A stretch of DNA of 64,000 nucleotides from Octopus vulgaris (Eukaryota), in assembly GCA_951406725.2 (NCBI GenBank), contig OX597830.1, positions 52,638,001-52,702,000 on the forward strand, read 5' to 3'. Positions within the stretch are counted from its first letter, which is position 1, and the number at the start of each line of letters is the position of its first letter. The position numbers and the translations under genes were made by a program. Shown here piece after piece: positions 25,571-38,356 of the stretch. The notes below the pieces were generated by a model, which saw only the letters and a list, made by a program, of their open reading frames with translations, did no database searches and had not been told where the DNA came from.

Positions 25571-26686
25571 CAGCTAAATACTTCTGCAGTTGTGTCACCA
25601 GTAATTATCAGTAGAGCAGTGCAATGGCAGAATTTTCTGACACACGAACATACACACACACACACATATATATATATATTATATATCCATCATGGTTGAT
25701 CTTACCAATCAGTTCATGGTTGGTAAAATCAGCCATGTTGGTAAAATCAGCCATATAATACTGTACATTTCAGATAATATACCCACTCTGTTGACAGATA
25801 TATGAGTACATCTTTTCCCTGACCTATGGACTCTTAGACAACCCACATGCGTATACACACACACACACACACACACCATATTTTCCAGCATACAACTTGA
25901 TTTAGTATATGGTGCAAACACTCAAACATTGTCACTATCTTTCCAAACCCTGCTGCATTTCACATGGAATTTTTGGTCTGAAGAATTCATCAACTTGTAT
26001 GCCAGAAAAAACATTGTGTGTGTGTGTGTGTTTAGAACATGCAGGAAGGAAAGCAAACTTGACACATGTTGAAAACTTATTCATTCAACTGCTGTTGATT
26101 CTTTCTGTTCGTCCTCACTTTTGTGCCATATCTGATTCTTCACACAATGAAAAGATGCAAGAAACTCTGAGTAACAGCATGGTGAATGACCAGCTTCAAA
26201 CACAGTCAGTTGGTCATTAGTCAATATTCCTATGTAATGCAGACAGGGTTACATTATATCAGATCCAAAGTTATGTTCAATTTTTTTGTTCAACTCTATT
26301 TACCAATACATGAAGAAAGATTTGAAATTTTTATTTCTTCAGAGTTATGGAATCTTGTCTCTAAACATTATATTTTTCTATCACAGATTAAACAAACATC
26401 TTCACACTCACATAACACGTGTGTGTTTGTATGTGAATATCCATTTCCATATGAATGGCCCTGTTTGAAATATTACAATCCTTTCCTGTCCACTAACATT
26501 GTTCTCTTCTGTTTGTTGCTAATGTTCAAGTTACAGTACTTGAGATACAATGTGTAACCTTAGAAACAGTAGTTTCTCTACCAAACTATCAACAATGATA
26601 ACTACCCCAATTAAATAGATCCATGTAACTATTACTGCTTTCTCTCCATCTCTCACCACGCATATATATATATATATATATATATA

Positions 26687-27080
26687 GGCATAGGAGTGGC
26701 TGTGTGGTAAGTACCTTGCTTACGAACCACATGGTTCCGGATTCAGTCCCACTGCATGGCACCTTGGGCAAGTGTCTTCTACTATAGCCTCAGGCCGATT
26801 AAAGCCTTGTGAGTGGATTTGGTAGACGGAAACTGAAAGAAGCCCGTCGTATATATGTGTGTATATGTTCGTGTGTCTGTGTTTGTCCCCCAACATCGCT
26901 TGACAGCCGATGCTGGTGTGTTTACGTCCCTGTAACTTAGCGGTTCAGCAAAAGAGACCAATAGAATAAGTACTAGGCTTACAAAGAATAAGTCCTGGAG
27001 TCGATTTGCTCAACTAAAGGCGGTGCTCCAGGATAGTCACAGTCAAATGACTGAGACAAGTAAAAGAGAGAGTAAAAGAG
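26687..27080 (+). mobile_element. tRNA-like SINE family B (GGAGTGGCTGTGTGGTAAG..CCTTGGGCAAGTGTCTT..GACTGAAACAAGTAAAAGAG)
   Basis: A/B-box-like head, CORE-like CCTTGGGCAAGT block, internal TA/TG tract; many copies. Confidence 0.85.
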
Positions 27081-27095
27081 TATATATATGTTTGT

Positions 27096-27422
27096 GAAGG
27101 CACATGGCTCAGTGGTTAGAGCGTTGAGCTTACGATTGTGAGGTTGATTCCTGGACCGGGCTGCATGTTGTGTTCTTGAGCAAGACACTTGATTTCACGT
27201 TGCTCCAGTTAACTCAGCTGTAGAAATTAGTTGCAACATCACAGGTGCTAAACTGTATTGGCCCCTTTGCCTTTCCCTTGGATAACATCAGTGGTATGGA
27301 GAGGGGAGGCTGGTATGCATGGGCGACTGCTGGCCTTTCATAAACAACTTTGCCTGGACTTGTACCTCAGAGGGTAACTTTCTGGTTGCAATCCCATGGT
27401 CATTCATGACCGAAAGGGGTCT
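27096..27422 (+). mobile_element. tRNA-like SINE family C (GAAGGCRCATGGCTCAGTGGTTAGAGCG..CTTGAGCAAGACACTT)
   Basis: A-box TGGCTCAGTGG; homologous copies at 47293 and 63223. Confidence 0.85.
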
Positions 27423-28827
27423 CCCTCCCCCTCTATATATATATAAGTTAAAAGTTATAATCGTCTTATTGATTTCAATTGTTGCACTGTGCCCATTGTA
27501 AGGTACTTCCTTCTAAAGCTTTTTTTCTTTGTTTCAGTTGACCATATCAACCATAGCAATTAAACTTAATTTAAACTGTATTTATCAAATGGAAAAGCTA
27601 CCTTTTTAACACAGCTCCAGTTTATACACTAGTAAATATATACATAGTAAAAATATACATACACACACAAATCCATACATTGAATATGACTATCAATAAA
27701 TCACATTAAAAGCCTGTTCTTCCTTGCTTGCATGGGTTAGATGAATATGTTCCTGAGGCACTGTTTTGCATCCAAATTCCCTTCCTGTCTTTCACCCTTA
27801 CCTGCTTTTTCAAGTACAGGGCTTCTTATTACACACATCTTCAAAGGTACGAAGCCTGTGGATGATTTGTTGATAGGGGAAATGACAAGAGCATCATCAT
27901 CACTTGTAGCTCAGTCGTTTCAGAGAACTGCAAATGTAAACAAATGCGTGCTCTCACACACACACATTGTGTGCTGTATATTAATTTATTCAAAGAATTT
28001 TAGAACACAACTGAACTTGAGTCACTCTTCCTTAAACCATTCACACCCAGTTAGATTTGTAGGTTGGAAACATATACACGGCTAATAATCTCTTTTCCAG
28101 GTTCTACTGTTCCATGGATCCTGTGCCCCCTTCTGCTCTCTGGAGGATTAGATCTTACCACCACTACCACTTTCACCATGATAACATCACCATGGCCACC
28201 ATCATTACTACTGTGAGCATCAGCACCATCACGATTGCTACTAACAACATCCACATCACTAACACTACCATCACCACCATCATTACCATCCTACCGTTAC
28301 ATTTACCACAGTAATCACTTCTATCACCACCACTGCTACTAACAATACCATCACCACCACCACCACAAATTGACATTTCCAAAATAAATGAATGTTGTCA
28401 AAAAATACAGATTCATAATTTTGTTTGGAATCAGCTGATTATTGTTGCCAGATCACCTCACTTGGTTTTAATATTACATCAGTGTGTGTGTATGTGTGTG
28501 TGTACATACATATACTACGGTACATATAAACACACACATTCACAGCTGTATACATTTAAACAAACACAAATGTTCTAGTGCAGTGTGGTTTATATGTTTA
28601 TTACTGCTAATTCATTCTGACACAAATTTGGAATCAGCTAAATCTCAGAACATTTCAGTTCTGTCTCTGGCACCATCATCATCATCATCATCATATCAGC
28701 CCTTTTACATTCACTTTCCATATTGACATGCAGTAGATTGTCACAATTCGTGTTAGTTCTTATTTGGAGTTACAACTCTCGTAGATGGAACACCATGAGA
28801 GTCATATATTTCATTTTGATATGATAA

Positions 28828-29061
28828 GGCGGCGAGCTGGCAGAAACGTTAGCAAGCCGGGCGAAATGCTTTGCGGTATTTCATCCACCGCTGCGTTCTG
28901 AGTTCAAATTCCGCCGAGGTCAACTTTGCCTTTCATCCTTTCGGGGTCGATAAATTAAGTACCAGTTACGCACTGGGATCGATGTAATCAACTTAATCCA
29001 TTTGTCTGTCCTTGTTTGTCCCCTCTGTGTTTAGCCCCTTGTAGGTAGTAAAGAAATAGGT
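28828..29061 (+). mobile_element. SINE family A
   Basis: Full-length copy; 13-bp target-site duplication ATTTTGATATGAT (28813-25 and 29065-77). Confidence 0.88.
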
Positions 29062-32000
29062 ATTATTTTGATATGATCTCTGTGGCTGGATTCCTTCCTT
29101 AACACCAACCACTTCACTGAGTGAATTAAATGTATCTTATAGTAGCACCAACACTTGTGAGACTGTCATGAACACCAACAGGACTAAACGATCTTCTCAA
29201 CCACTCACAGTCTTCACTTATTCACCAAACACTTTACAGTGTATATATTTGATGTATTTCATTGTGGCACAAACCCTAGTGTGTTTGCTAGAGGGCCATC
29301 ATTTATTCTATGGTGGATCTGTTTACTCAAGGTAAGGTGGCGACAAAGTGGTTATAGAATAGAGAGAAGGTAATGATAGAACGAATATGAGTGAAGGGAA
29401 TGAGAATGTGACGGTAGGCACGCAGAGAGTGGTTGGGGGGAAAGGAGAAGTTGAAGGAGCCAGGTCTAAAAAAAAGAGTCCTAGTTGCTGCCTTTCCACC
29501 CCCAACTATGTCATATAAAATGTGTGTGTGTGTGTATGCATATGCATTCCCAGTGATAATGACTCAGGAGCTATAAACATGTGTGGGAATCTGACAGGGA
29601 ACAGCAATGGACAGATATGATGTTTTTACACCTTTTCACCGAAAGAGAGAATCAATTCTCCATGGTAACTGCAGTTGCCTTTAGAAGTTGAAATATGTCA
29701 CAAACATATTTTAACTAACCTAAAGTTCACTTATATATATATATATATGTGTGTATATATTCTTTTACTTGTTTCAGTCATTTGACTTCAGCCATGCTGG
29801 AGCACCTCCCTGAAGGGATTCAGTCGAACAAATTGATCCCAGGACTTTTCTTTTTAAGCCTAGTATTTATTCAGTTAGTCTCTTTTGACAAATTGCTTAA
29901 TTATGGGGACATAAACACACCAACAGCAATTGTCAAGCAGTGATGGTGGGGGGGGACAAACACAAAACACAATGACACACACACACATAGATATCATGGC
30001 ACGTAAAAAACACCATTTGAGCATGTCCATTGCCAGTACCACCAAACTGGCCCTCGTGCTGGTGGCACATAAAAGCAGCCACTACACTCTCGGAGTGGTT
30101 GGCGTTAGGAAGGGCATCCAGCTGTAGAAACTCTGCCAGATCAGATTGGAGTCTGGTTTGCCAAACCTCAGTCAAATTGTCCAACCCATGCTAGCATGGA
30201 AAGCAGACGTTAAATGATGATTTTTATATATATATATATATATATAATGGGCGTCTTTCAGTTTCTGTCTACTAAGTCCACTCACAAGGCTTTAGTCAGC
30301 CTAAGGCTTATAGTAGAAGACACTTGCCCAAAGTTCCACGCAGTGATGCTGAACCTGGAACCTGGTTCTGCAGCTTAATATATTTACGGTCATCTTGATC
30401 TGAGCTTTGGTTAGTTTGTAAGAGTGTTGACCTGTGAGCTTAATTAGGTTTATGATTTCTGCAGTGGGATGCAAGCAAGCCCTGCATGGGTGGGTGTGGG
30501 TGTGACAAATCCACAATTACCGCAAAGGAAATCATTTGAAGCAGTTTTCTTGTTCTTGTTGATGCCTCTGCTTGAGATTTGCACAAAGTTGATACATATA
30601 TACACATGAGTGCATGCACACATGCATGTATGTATATTTGTGGGATTGCATTTATATGTGTGTGTGTGTACATGTAATAGATGAAAGTGTTTGTGGGTGT
30701 GTACATGTAAATGTGTGTATGGATATATATAAATATATGCATGTGTGTGGATGTATGTATATATGTGTATATATATATGCACACATACATACATATACAT
30801 ATAATATGCATGTATATATGTCTGCATACACTGGCTATTCAACTGTTGCTTTTATGTGTGCAGACATATCAAAAATAGACTTTAGCTGTTCCAAACGATG
30901 TTGTCTCATTATTTGCTAATTATGTTTCCATCTTTGATGTTTTGGCCAAGATGTTGTAGTCGGAACCAATAATGCTGCTTACACTATAATTAGTTTTTTA
31001 TATTATGAGCTTTCTTAATATTTAGTTCTGTTGGGGCAGAATGGCAGGAGGTGTCATTAGCAGAAAGGCAGAAATAGTAAGCAAAGTGGAGGTCACAAAT
31101 GGATTGGTAGAAATACTGAAGTAGTGGGAGGGGATTACAGATGCAATGGTAGAATTAGCAGAATGCCAGAAAAACTGCTTTTGTACAATCTAGTTACATA
31201 TTTTCTTCTTAACTTAAATTTTTACCATTTCCAGTCTGTGGACTGTGGTCATGCTGGACCACTGCCTTCTGGTGATTTTAATTAATTTGATCAACCTCAG
31301 TATTTATTTGTATCTTATTTTATCAATCTCCATTCAACGTATGTTTAAGTTACCCTTTGATATAAATAGATACAACCATTGACCCACACCTTGTGTGGGT
31401 GTAAATATTGATTTCAGATTTTGGTACAAGGCCAGCAATTTCAAGGGAGGGGATAAGTCAGTTACATCAATCTCAGTGTTCAAATGGTACTTAATTTGTT
31501 AACCCCAAAAGGATAACAGGCAAAGTCAACCTTCATGGAATTTGAACACAGAACGTAAAGACAGATGAAATACCACTAAACATTTTGCCCAGTGTGCAAA
31601 CAATTCTGCCAGCTTGCTGCACTTGTGTGTGTAAATATTTTTGGTAAGAAAGAGTATGCAGCCATAGAAAATTTGTCTTGATAAATTCCATCTGCAAGCA
31701 AGAAAAAGTAGGCATTAAAATGACAATGGTGATGATTGTGTATCTTTCTTTTTTCACCTTTATTTTTTACTTGTATCAGTCATCAGACTGCGACCATGCT
31801 GGGGCAGCATCTTGTGGAAATTTATTCAAACAAATCAACCTCAGAACCTATCGTTTTTTGTTTTTTTTATTGTAATGCCTGATACTTATTCTATCAGTCT
31901 CTTGTACTGAAACACTAAGTTATGGGGACATAAACACACCAGTTGTCAAGCAATGGTGGGGAACAAACACAGACAAAAAGACCTGACCACACACACACAT

Positions 32001-32733
32001 ACATAAACAATGGGCTTCCTTCAGTTTACATCTACCAAATCCACTCAGAAGGATTTGGTCAGCCCAAACCCATAGCTGAAGACACTTCCCAACGTGCCAC
32101 ACAGTAGGGCTGAACCTGGAATCATGAGGTTAGGAAGCAAGTTTCTTACCACACAGCCATATGTCACTTACTCTTTCTTGCTTCCTTACTTAGCATCTTC
32201 CAACACTTGTTCTTCACCATAGTCACACCTGACCCATTCCCCATCTTCAATCATCTCTCACCGTCCCATACACTCTGACAAGCTCTACCCACATGCACTC
32301 CCTGTTTTCCTGTTTTCATTCATTTCTACTCACCTCATACTTTGAGGGTCCATCCTGACACCTCATCACTACACTCTTTGGTCACACTCTCTTTTCTATA
32401 ATGTGAGTAGCCATGTAGCTCTTATGGCAAAACAATCGGCTTGGTTTTGACCCTTCTTACACACTTGAACCCATCTCCTAGCATAAAGCTGTCTCTGTTG
32501 TAGCCCCACTCAGTTGATGTGGATCTTAGTTTTGTCGACTGTATGGTGACCTTACTGGTGCTGGTGCCACGGAAAAAGCACCCAGTATACACTGTAAAGG
32601 GATTAGCATTAGGAAGGACATCCAGCCATGGAAACCGTGCCAAAGCAGACATTGGAACACAATGTAATCTTTAGTCACATCAGAGAAACTGTCAAACTGT
32701 CCAACCATACCAGCATAGAACAAAGACATTAAA

Positions 32734-32781
<48 letters not shown>

Positions 32782-32870
32782 AAAAGGGTGAAATATAATT
32801 AATTTAATAAAATTAATAAATTTCACCTAGTAGATTTTTCGGTATGGAAAAGACCATATTTGGTAAGAAT

Positions 32871-33017
32871 TATATTAATTATAATAAAGGGTTAATTGCA
32901 ACAAGTTGCAATTTATTAGTAGGAGAAATAGTGATCTATTTGGCTGCTATTTCTAATAGTTTCGGTATGTGGTTTTGAGCAACTTGTTGCAATTAACCCT
33001 TTATTATAATTAATATA
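32871..33017. repeat. 39-bp inverted repeat in a related element (about 32780-33017)
   Basis: TATATTAATTATAATAAAGGGTTAATTGCAACAAGTTGC at 32871-32909, reverse complement at 32979-33017; upstream AAGGGTGAAAT..TTCGG.ATG.AAAAG shared with 9010-9075. Confidence 0.85.
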
Positions 33018-33298
33018 TATCATGTTATAGTAGGAAACAGTGCACAGTACTAGAATTTTTGAGTCAAAATCTACTCTAAATTGTTTTCAGGATATGTGAA
33101 GTCAAGATATTTGTTGTAATAATAGAGTCAAACCAAATGGTGATACTTTGAAATCATTTAATACGCACGTTTCAAGTTTACATGATTATACAATAGGAAA
33201 TGCATTCATTATGTAAACCTTATACTCTTATACAGTCAAAGTTCACAAATTTCCTTATTTAAATTATGAATCATATTCCTTTTGATAATATCAATATA

Positions 33299-33683
33299 TA
33301 CTCTTTTACTTGTTTCAGTCATTTGACTGCGGCCATGCTGGAGTACCGCCTTTAGTCGAGCAAATCGACCCCGGGACTTATTCTTTGTAAGCCCAGTACT
33401 TATTCTATCAGTCTCTTTTGCTGAACCGCTAAGTGACGGGGACGTAAACACACCAGCATCGGTTGTCAAGCAATGCTAGGGGGACAAACACAGACACACA
33501 TACATATATATATACATATATACGACAGGCTTCTTTCAGTTTCCGTCTACCAAATCCACTCACAAGGCATTGGTCAGACCAGGGCTATAGCAGAAGACAC
33601 TTGCCCAAGATGCCACGCAGTGGGACTGAACCCGGAACCATGTGGTTGGTTAGCAAGCTACTTACCACACAGCCACTCCTGTG

Positions 33684-33685
<2 letters not shown>
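33299..33685 (-). mobile_element. SINE family B
   Basis: Full-length reverse copy, nearly identical to 53527-53925. Confidence 0.88.
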
Positions 33686-33746
<61 letters not shown>

Positions 33747-34102
33747 CACTGTGTTGAACAGACTATTGGATGTTGTTATACATTGCTGGTCACAATGTGC
33801 TTTGCATTGTTTTAGCTTTCGAATGATGCCTCCCTGCTGACTGGGCAAGTAGGCCAACAGTCCTCCTGACCAAAAGGCTATTCTTATTCTGTCACAGAGT
33901 TATCCATTTACAGCTGAGTGGACTGGGGCAACATGAAATGAAGTGAAGTTCTGCTCAAGAACACAAAGCACCTCCCACTCTAGAAATCAATCCAATGTTT
34001 CTGTTTACACTATTTTGCGCTTGTTTATACTCTTATACATTCAAAGTTCACAAATTTCCTTATTCAAATTATGAATCATATTCCTTTCGATAATATCAAT
34101 AA

Positions 34103-34258
34103 CAAAACCTCTTTGTAGACAATATCTTCTGTTTGGTCGACACTAATTTTCAAATTACTGGAGTCCATTGCTCTACTCATAGCAACGTATAACTGGCCAT
34201 ATGTAAACATCGGAGTGGGTAAAAATACACCTACACGATCTAAAGTCTGCCCTTTGCC
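34103..34258 (-). pseudogene. Helitron RepHel Pif1-type helicase C-terminal fragment
   Basis: Translates GKGQTLDRVGVFLPTPMFTYGQLYVAMSRAMDSSNLKISVDQTEDIVYKEVL, matching helicase motifs V/VI and the IVYKEVL end typical of Helitrons. Confidence 0.85.
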
Positions 34259-35379
34259 TTGTTTCCTGTGAATGTGCGAGCAGAACCTCTAGGGTTGCAA
34301 AAAATCAAAGTAAGACTTACCTCTCACTGCTACATGTGAATAATGTCTGGATGTTCTGGTACCATGGGTTATTTTGATTGACAAAACTGCTTTGATTAGC
34401 CATTTCGAATCCTACTCGAGACTGACACACTTCAATAACCACTAAATAAGCACACACACTTTTTCCATTTTATTTTTGCTATTAACTGTACTCACGACCC
34501 CTTTAGTATCTACGATGGAGCCACAATAAAAATCCAGACTTACTCGTGGTCAGTGAATTTTTAATAAAAATGCAATGGTGGTTTGTCAATTCAAAAATTG
34601 ATATCTGTGAAATAATTGTATTTTCTGATTTTTTTTATGCGAAAAACCTTCCTGACAACTGTCTTTGTAATCTCCAAAAGTATTGTCACCATTGGTCCAG
34701 CCGTCTGGCTGTGAAGAGGGAACAGACAAAGAGACAGACAGACAGACGGACATAACACCAATTATAGTAAGATAGCAAATCTGCCCTTCTATGATGGGAA
34801 ATAAAGGGATAGTATTGCAAATCTAAACCCTCTAAATTCACAAACTGTGCAGGGGGGAAATCCAGAGTTAATCCTCGTCACTGGAATTTTGACAAAAAAA
34901 TATCAAAGATGATTTATTAATACAGAACTCAATATCCACTAAATAATCATATTTTTTCCACATTCTTTTTGCTAAAATTCCTCCTGATTACCTCCTTTGC
35001 AATCCCGATAAACATCGTGACCATTGGTCCAGCCGTTTGACTGTGAAGAGGGAACAGGCAGGCAGACATAATGCCCATTATAGCAAGATTATTGTTATTT
35101 AAAACAGTTTGATAGGCTTGTCACAGGTACCTTAAGTTACAGGGAGCCAAATCAAACTGTTTTAAATTATAATATGTGTAACTGCTACTTAATGTTTTGA
35201 GTGCCTCTTTCTTTTGTTTGTCCACTCACTCATACATGTGTGTGTGTGTGTGTGTGTGTGTAACAGAATTGACAAATGAAAATATCTCTAATATTCAAGT
35301 CAGCCTCTGTGATTTAGTTATAGATGTAGTAACTGTAACTTTAAATAAAATTTAACAGCAGTGGTGAATGTAAAGATAT

Positions 35380-35428
35380 TTGGTTGCTGATGAAGGTCAA
35401 CAAACCAGAAACAGTGGCGTCCAGCCAA
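35380..35428 (+). ncRNA. Minimal type I hammerhead ribozyme motif
   Basis: TTGGTTG-CTGATGA-AGGT CAACAA ACCA-GAAAC-AGTGGC-GTC-CAGCCAA; 7-bp stem I with one G-U; the first stem II pair is A-A. Confidence 0.65.
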
Positions 35429-36706
35429 TCCCTCTTGTAGTGTCCTAAGTGGGGCTTCTATAATAAACATGACATGTTTATGGTTGATTCATGTTCCTGA
35501 TATATTTAATGCATTTATCTTATTAACTTACAAATGCAAAGATGGTTCTGATTTTTGGGTATGCACCATACTAAACTTTAGAATGAAAAATAAACACTGC
35601 TCGTACATCAATATTTCATATATATGAACAGCTTTTCTTTTATTCATTAAATACATGCTTTTTTTTATCATTCATATTTTATATTATTGCTTTTTTCTTA
35701 GTTTTTTTTTTTTTTACCGGTAGTTTTTGATACAATAAATTTCAGTTTCCAGAACTTCAGTCTCGTTTTCAAGAATTGAATGGATTTGGCATTTACATTG
35801 TTTCTCATATGCAGATTGAATTCATATAGGCTCATCCACCAAAATAACTGTAAAAAAATAATAAGAACATGAAAATTTCGATATAAAAAGAATTACACTT
35901 GACTACAATCATGTATTTAGTGAAACATCTCTAATTTTGTGAGTGAATTTATTAGATGGAGGCTGTTAGGAAACTTATCGTATGTCTGTATAATGTTTAC
36001 ATCCGGTACATTTTCACATGGGAAAATGATGTAAAAGCAAATTATTGATATATGGTGGGCCTCCACTAAGTTTCCATTTATCCAATTCCCCTGACAGGAC
36101 ATTGGTCAACCTGGTGCTTTACTATTGAAGATACTCTTTAAAGTGTTGTTACATAATGTGATCAAACATTTCCTCACAGCAAATTTCTTAATGACAAGAC
36201 TGTTTGTGCTAATATCCACTTCTCCACTCATCCTGGTAGAATGGATGTTATGAGTACTAAGGAACTTACTGAGATCATCTAATTTGACTGTACACCTCCC
36301 CAACCTTTAGCAAAGTGTCTGATCTGGTTGTATTATACAACAAACTCCTGGAGAAACCTTTACGTGGTTATGTGACTTACTTGAAATAGCAGCCAAGTCT
36401 CCATCAAGTCACACTCTAGTCTTTACAAAAGAAGGCTGGACCATATTTAATTAGATATCCGCTACAGGGCTGACCTAATGCTAAACACTAACTATGGAAA
36501 GGAAGAGCACATCAGATAATGTAGTCCTAGATACACTCTGAGTAAAAGAGATGTACTCAGAATAACTTTTGGTCGTAAATCTATCCTTTCAGAGCTGGGA
36601 CAAAACCAGAACAAATTTTTAGAATATTTCGTTCATTTGTTTAATTTTTCTTTTCTTTTTTTAATTTTTTATTAATTATCTTTTTTATTTTCTAATTCTT
36701 TTTCAG

Positions 36707-36865
36707 AGCCCCTACTACTACTCCGTCCACACCTGATAAAGATGAAGGAATATGTATGATTTCAGCATCTCCCAGCAGCCCAGAGGAAGTGAAACAAGCA
36801 GTTCCCTGCTCAGTTTCCGTCGTTGGGTCAATGTCACAGAATGAGCATCTCATTGCTAAGCCTTG
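36707..36865 (+). CDS. GRAMD2B: GRAM-domain protein, N-terminal S/P/T-rich exon (APTTTPSTPDKDEGICMISASPSSPEEVKQ...LIAKP)
   Basis: Long T-rich tract plus TTTCAG acceptor, TG|GTAAC donor; 159 nt, open, phase 2 to 2, in frame with the next exon. Confidence 0.75.
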
Positions 36866-37688
36866 GTAACCTAGCTTTTCAACTAATGTTTGTCTGATTG
36901 TGGTAATCCTAATGTGCTTTTCAAATTGCCATAATACTGTTTACCATAATATCAACATACTTCTGCAGCTAATGTCTCTATGTTTACTGTTGGCCTAACG
37001 TATCACTTCAATTAATTCTGTCTGTTTGTCATACTCCTAACATACTTCTTCAATTATTGCCTGTATGTTTGCCATAACCCTATTGAACCACAAGCCAACT
37101 AATGAGCCATTATATGGCTGTTTGACCTGCCAGAAATAGCAGCTAAGTCTCCTTTAAATTGTATCCTACTATATTAAAAAGACATTCTGTATAATCCACA
37201 TCATTTTATGTCCATTTTCTATGCTATCCTGGGTTGAACAAATCATTCTAATCCACATCACTTCTTATATGGAATGACTGCCTTCCTAGAAAGACTGGAG
37301 TATTACATCTTGGTCCTACACACCATTAACAACATAGTTTGTATGCCTAGATGCCCTTCCTGACACCATCCATTGTACAGAGTATACTGAGTACATGTTT
37401 TTTCAGGGCATCAGCACTAGAGAGGTTGTCATGTTCTCAGCAAGACCACAATAGCCTCTTTACTCTTTGTTTACCACTCCTACTCCACCTATTTTTTGTA
37501 TTTAGTATGTGAGTCTGCAGTGCTGATGGACCAACTATCCACCCTTAATTATCACACTGTTCATCTTCATTGCCCTTAGTATGTTAGCATGCAGAGGTCA
37601 TGAACCCACTATCCACCCCTAATTAACACAATGTTCACTTTTCATTATCTTCCATTTAATCATTCCTTTTTTTTTTTTTCTTTTTCAG

Positions 37689-37728
37689 TTCAAGTCCTGT
37701 TGCAGGCATGAAAAAGTATCCAGGCAGG
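37689..37728 (+). CDS. GRAMD2B: GRAM-domain protein micro-exon (SSPVAGMKKYPGR)
   Basis: Poly-T plus TTTCAG acceptor, AGG|GTAAGC donor; 40 nt, phase 2 to 0, bridges the 36707 and 43934 exons in frame. Confidence 0.75.
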
Positions 37729-38356
37729 GTAAGCTTATTTAAATATTAATTATAATAATTGCACAAAGTAGATGTAGGGCTTTTTAAATCAAAACTGGAC
37801 CTCTTCCTGTTGAGAGTCCCAGATGAACCTACCTCAAGGCAAGAGGTGCAAATGAGGGTAGCTATATCAAACTCCATTCTTCACCAAGTGCCACATATTA
37901 GAGGAGGCTTTTAGTTAACAGTGTAGCACAAAACAGCAGTGCATCAGCATGGCCGCAGCTCTGAGCTGAAACTAGCAGAAAAAAAAAATTATTAATTAAA
38001 GTAATTACAAAGATATTTGTGTATTAGTTATATCTTGGCCTTTACTCTCAATCAAGTACAACATGGTAAACGACATGCACCACGATTTAGTTGCTTAAAG
38101 AAAACCCTTCAGTAGTTTGTGATATTATTTTAAGAAAGAAAATCAGGAGTCTGTGATAAGGGTTTGGCTGCTTATAGAAAGCTCTTCATTAATTCATACT
38201 CCGCATGTTAAAAGAAGTCAAGGTTGGTCATGAGGATTTTATTAGTAAAGTGATCCTACTAAACAATTAAGTACAAGCTAATTCAGCAGAACATATGTGG
38301 CTCTTGTTTTAAAGATGACAATTTAATTTGAGACAAAAATATATATCCAAAGTAAT

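Larger units (their letters stand above)
33050..35089 (-). mobile_element. Composite or deleted Helitron with two 5'-end-like blocks, interrupted by SINEs
   Basis: Helicase fragment; block CATTGGTCCAGCCGT.TG.CTGTGAAGAGGGAACAG..TTATAG.AAGAT at about 34690-34773 and 35022-35089; CTAG near 33050. Boundaries approximate. Confidence 0.5.

Noticed and set aside
27096-27170. tRNA-like sequence (also at 47293, 63223 and 19250-19326)
   Set aside because: These are SINE heads that continue into a shared body; no complete cloverleaf.
33236-33840. ORFs duplicated at 53523-54152
   Set aside because: Both lie in near-identical copies of SINE family B.
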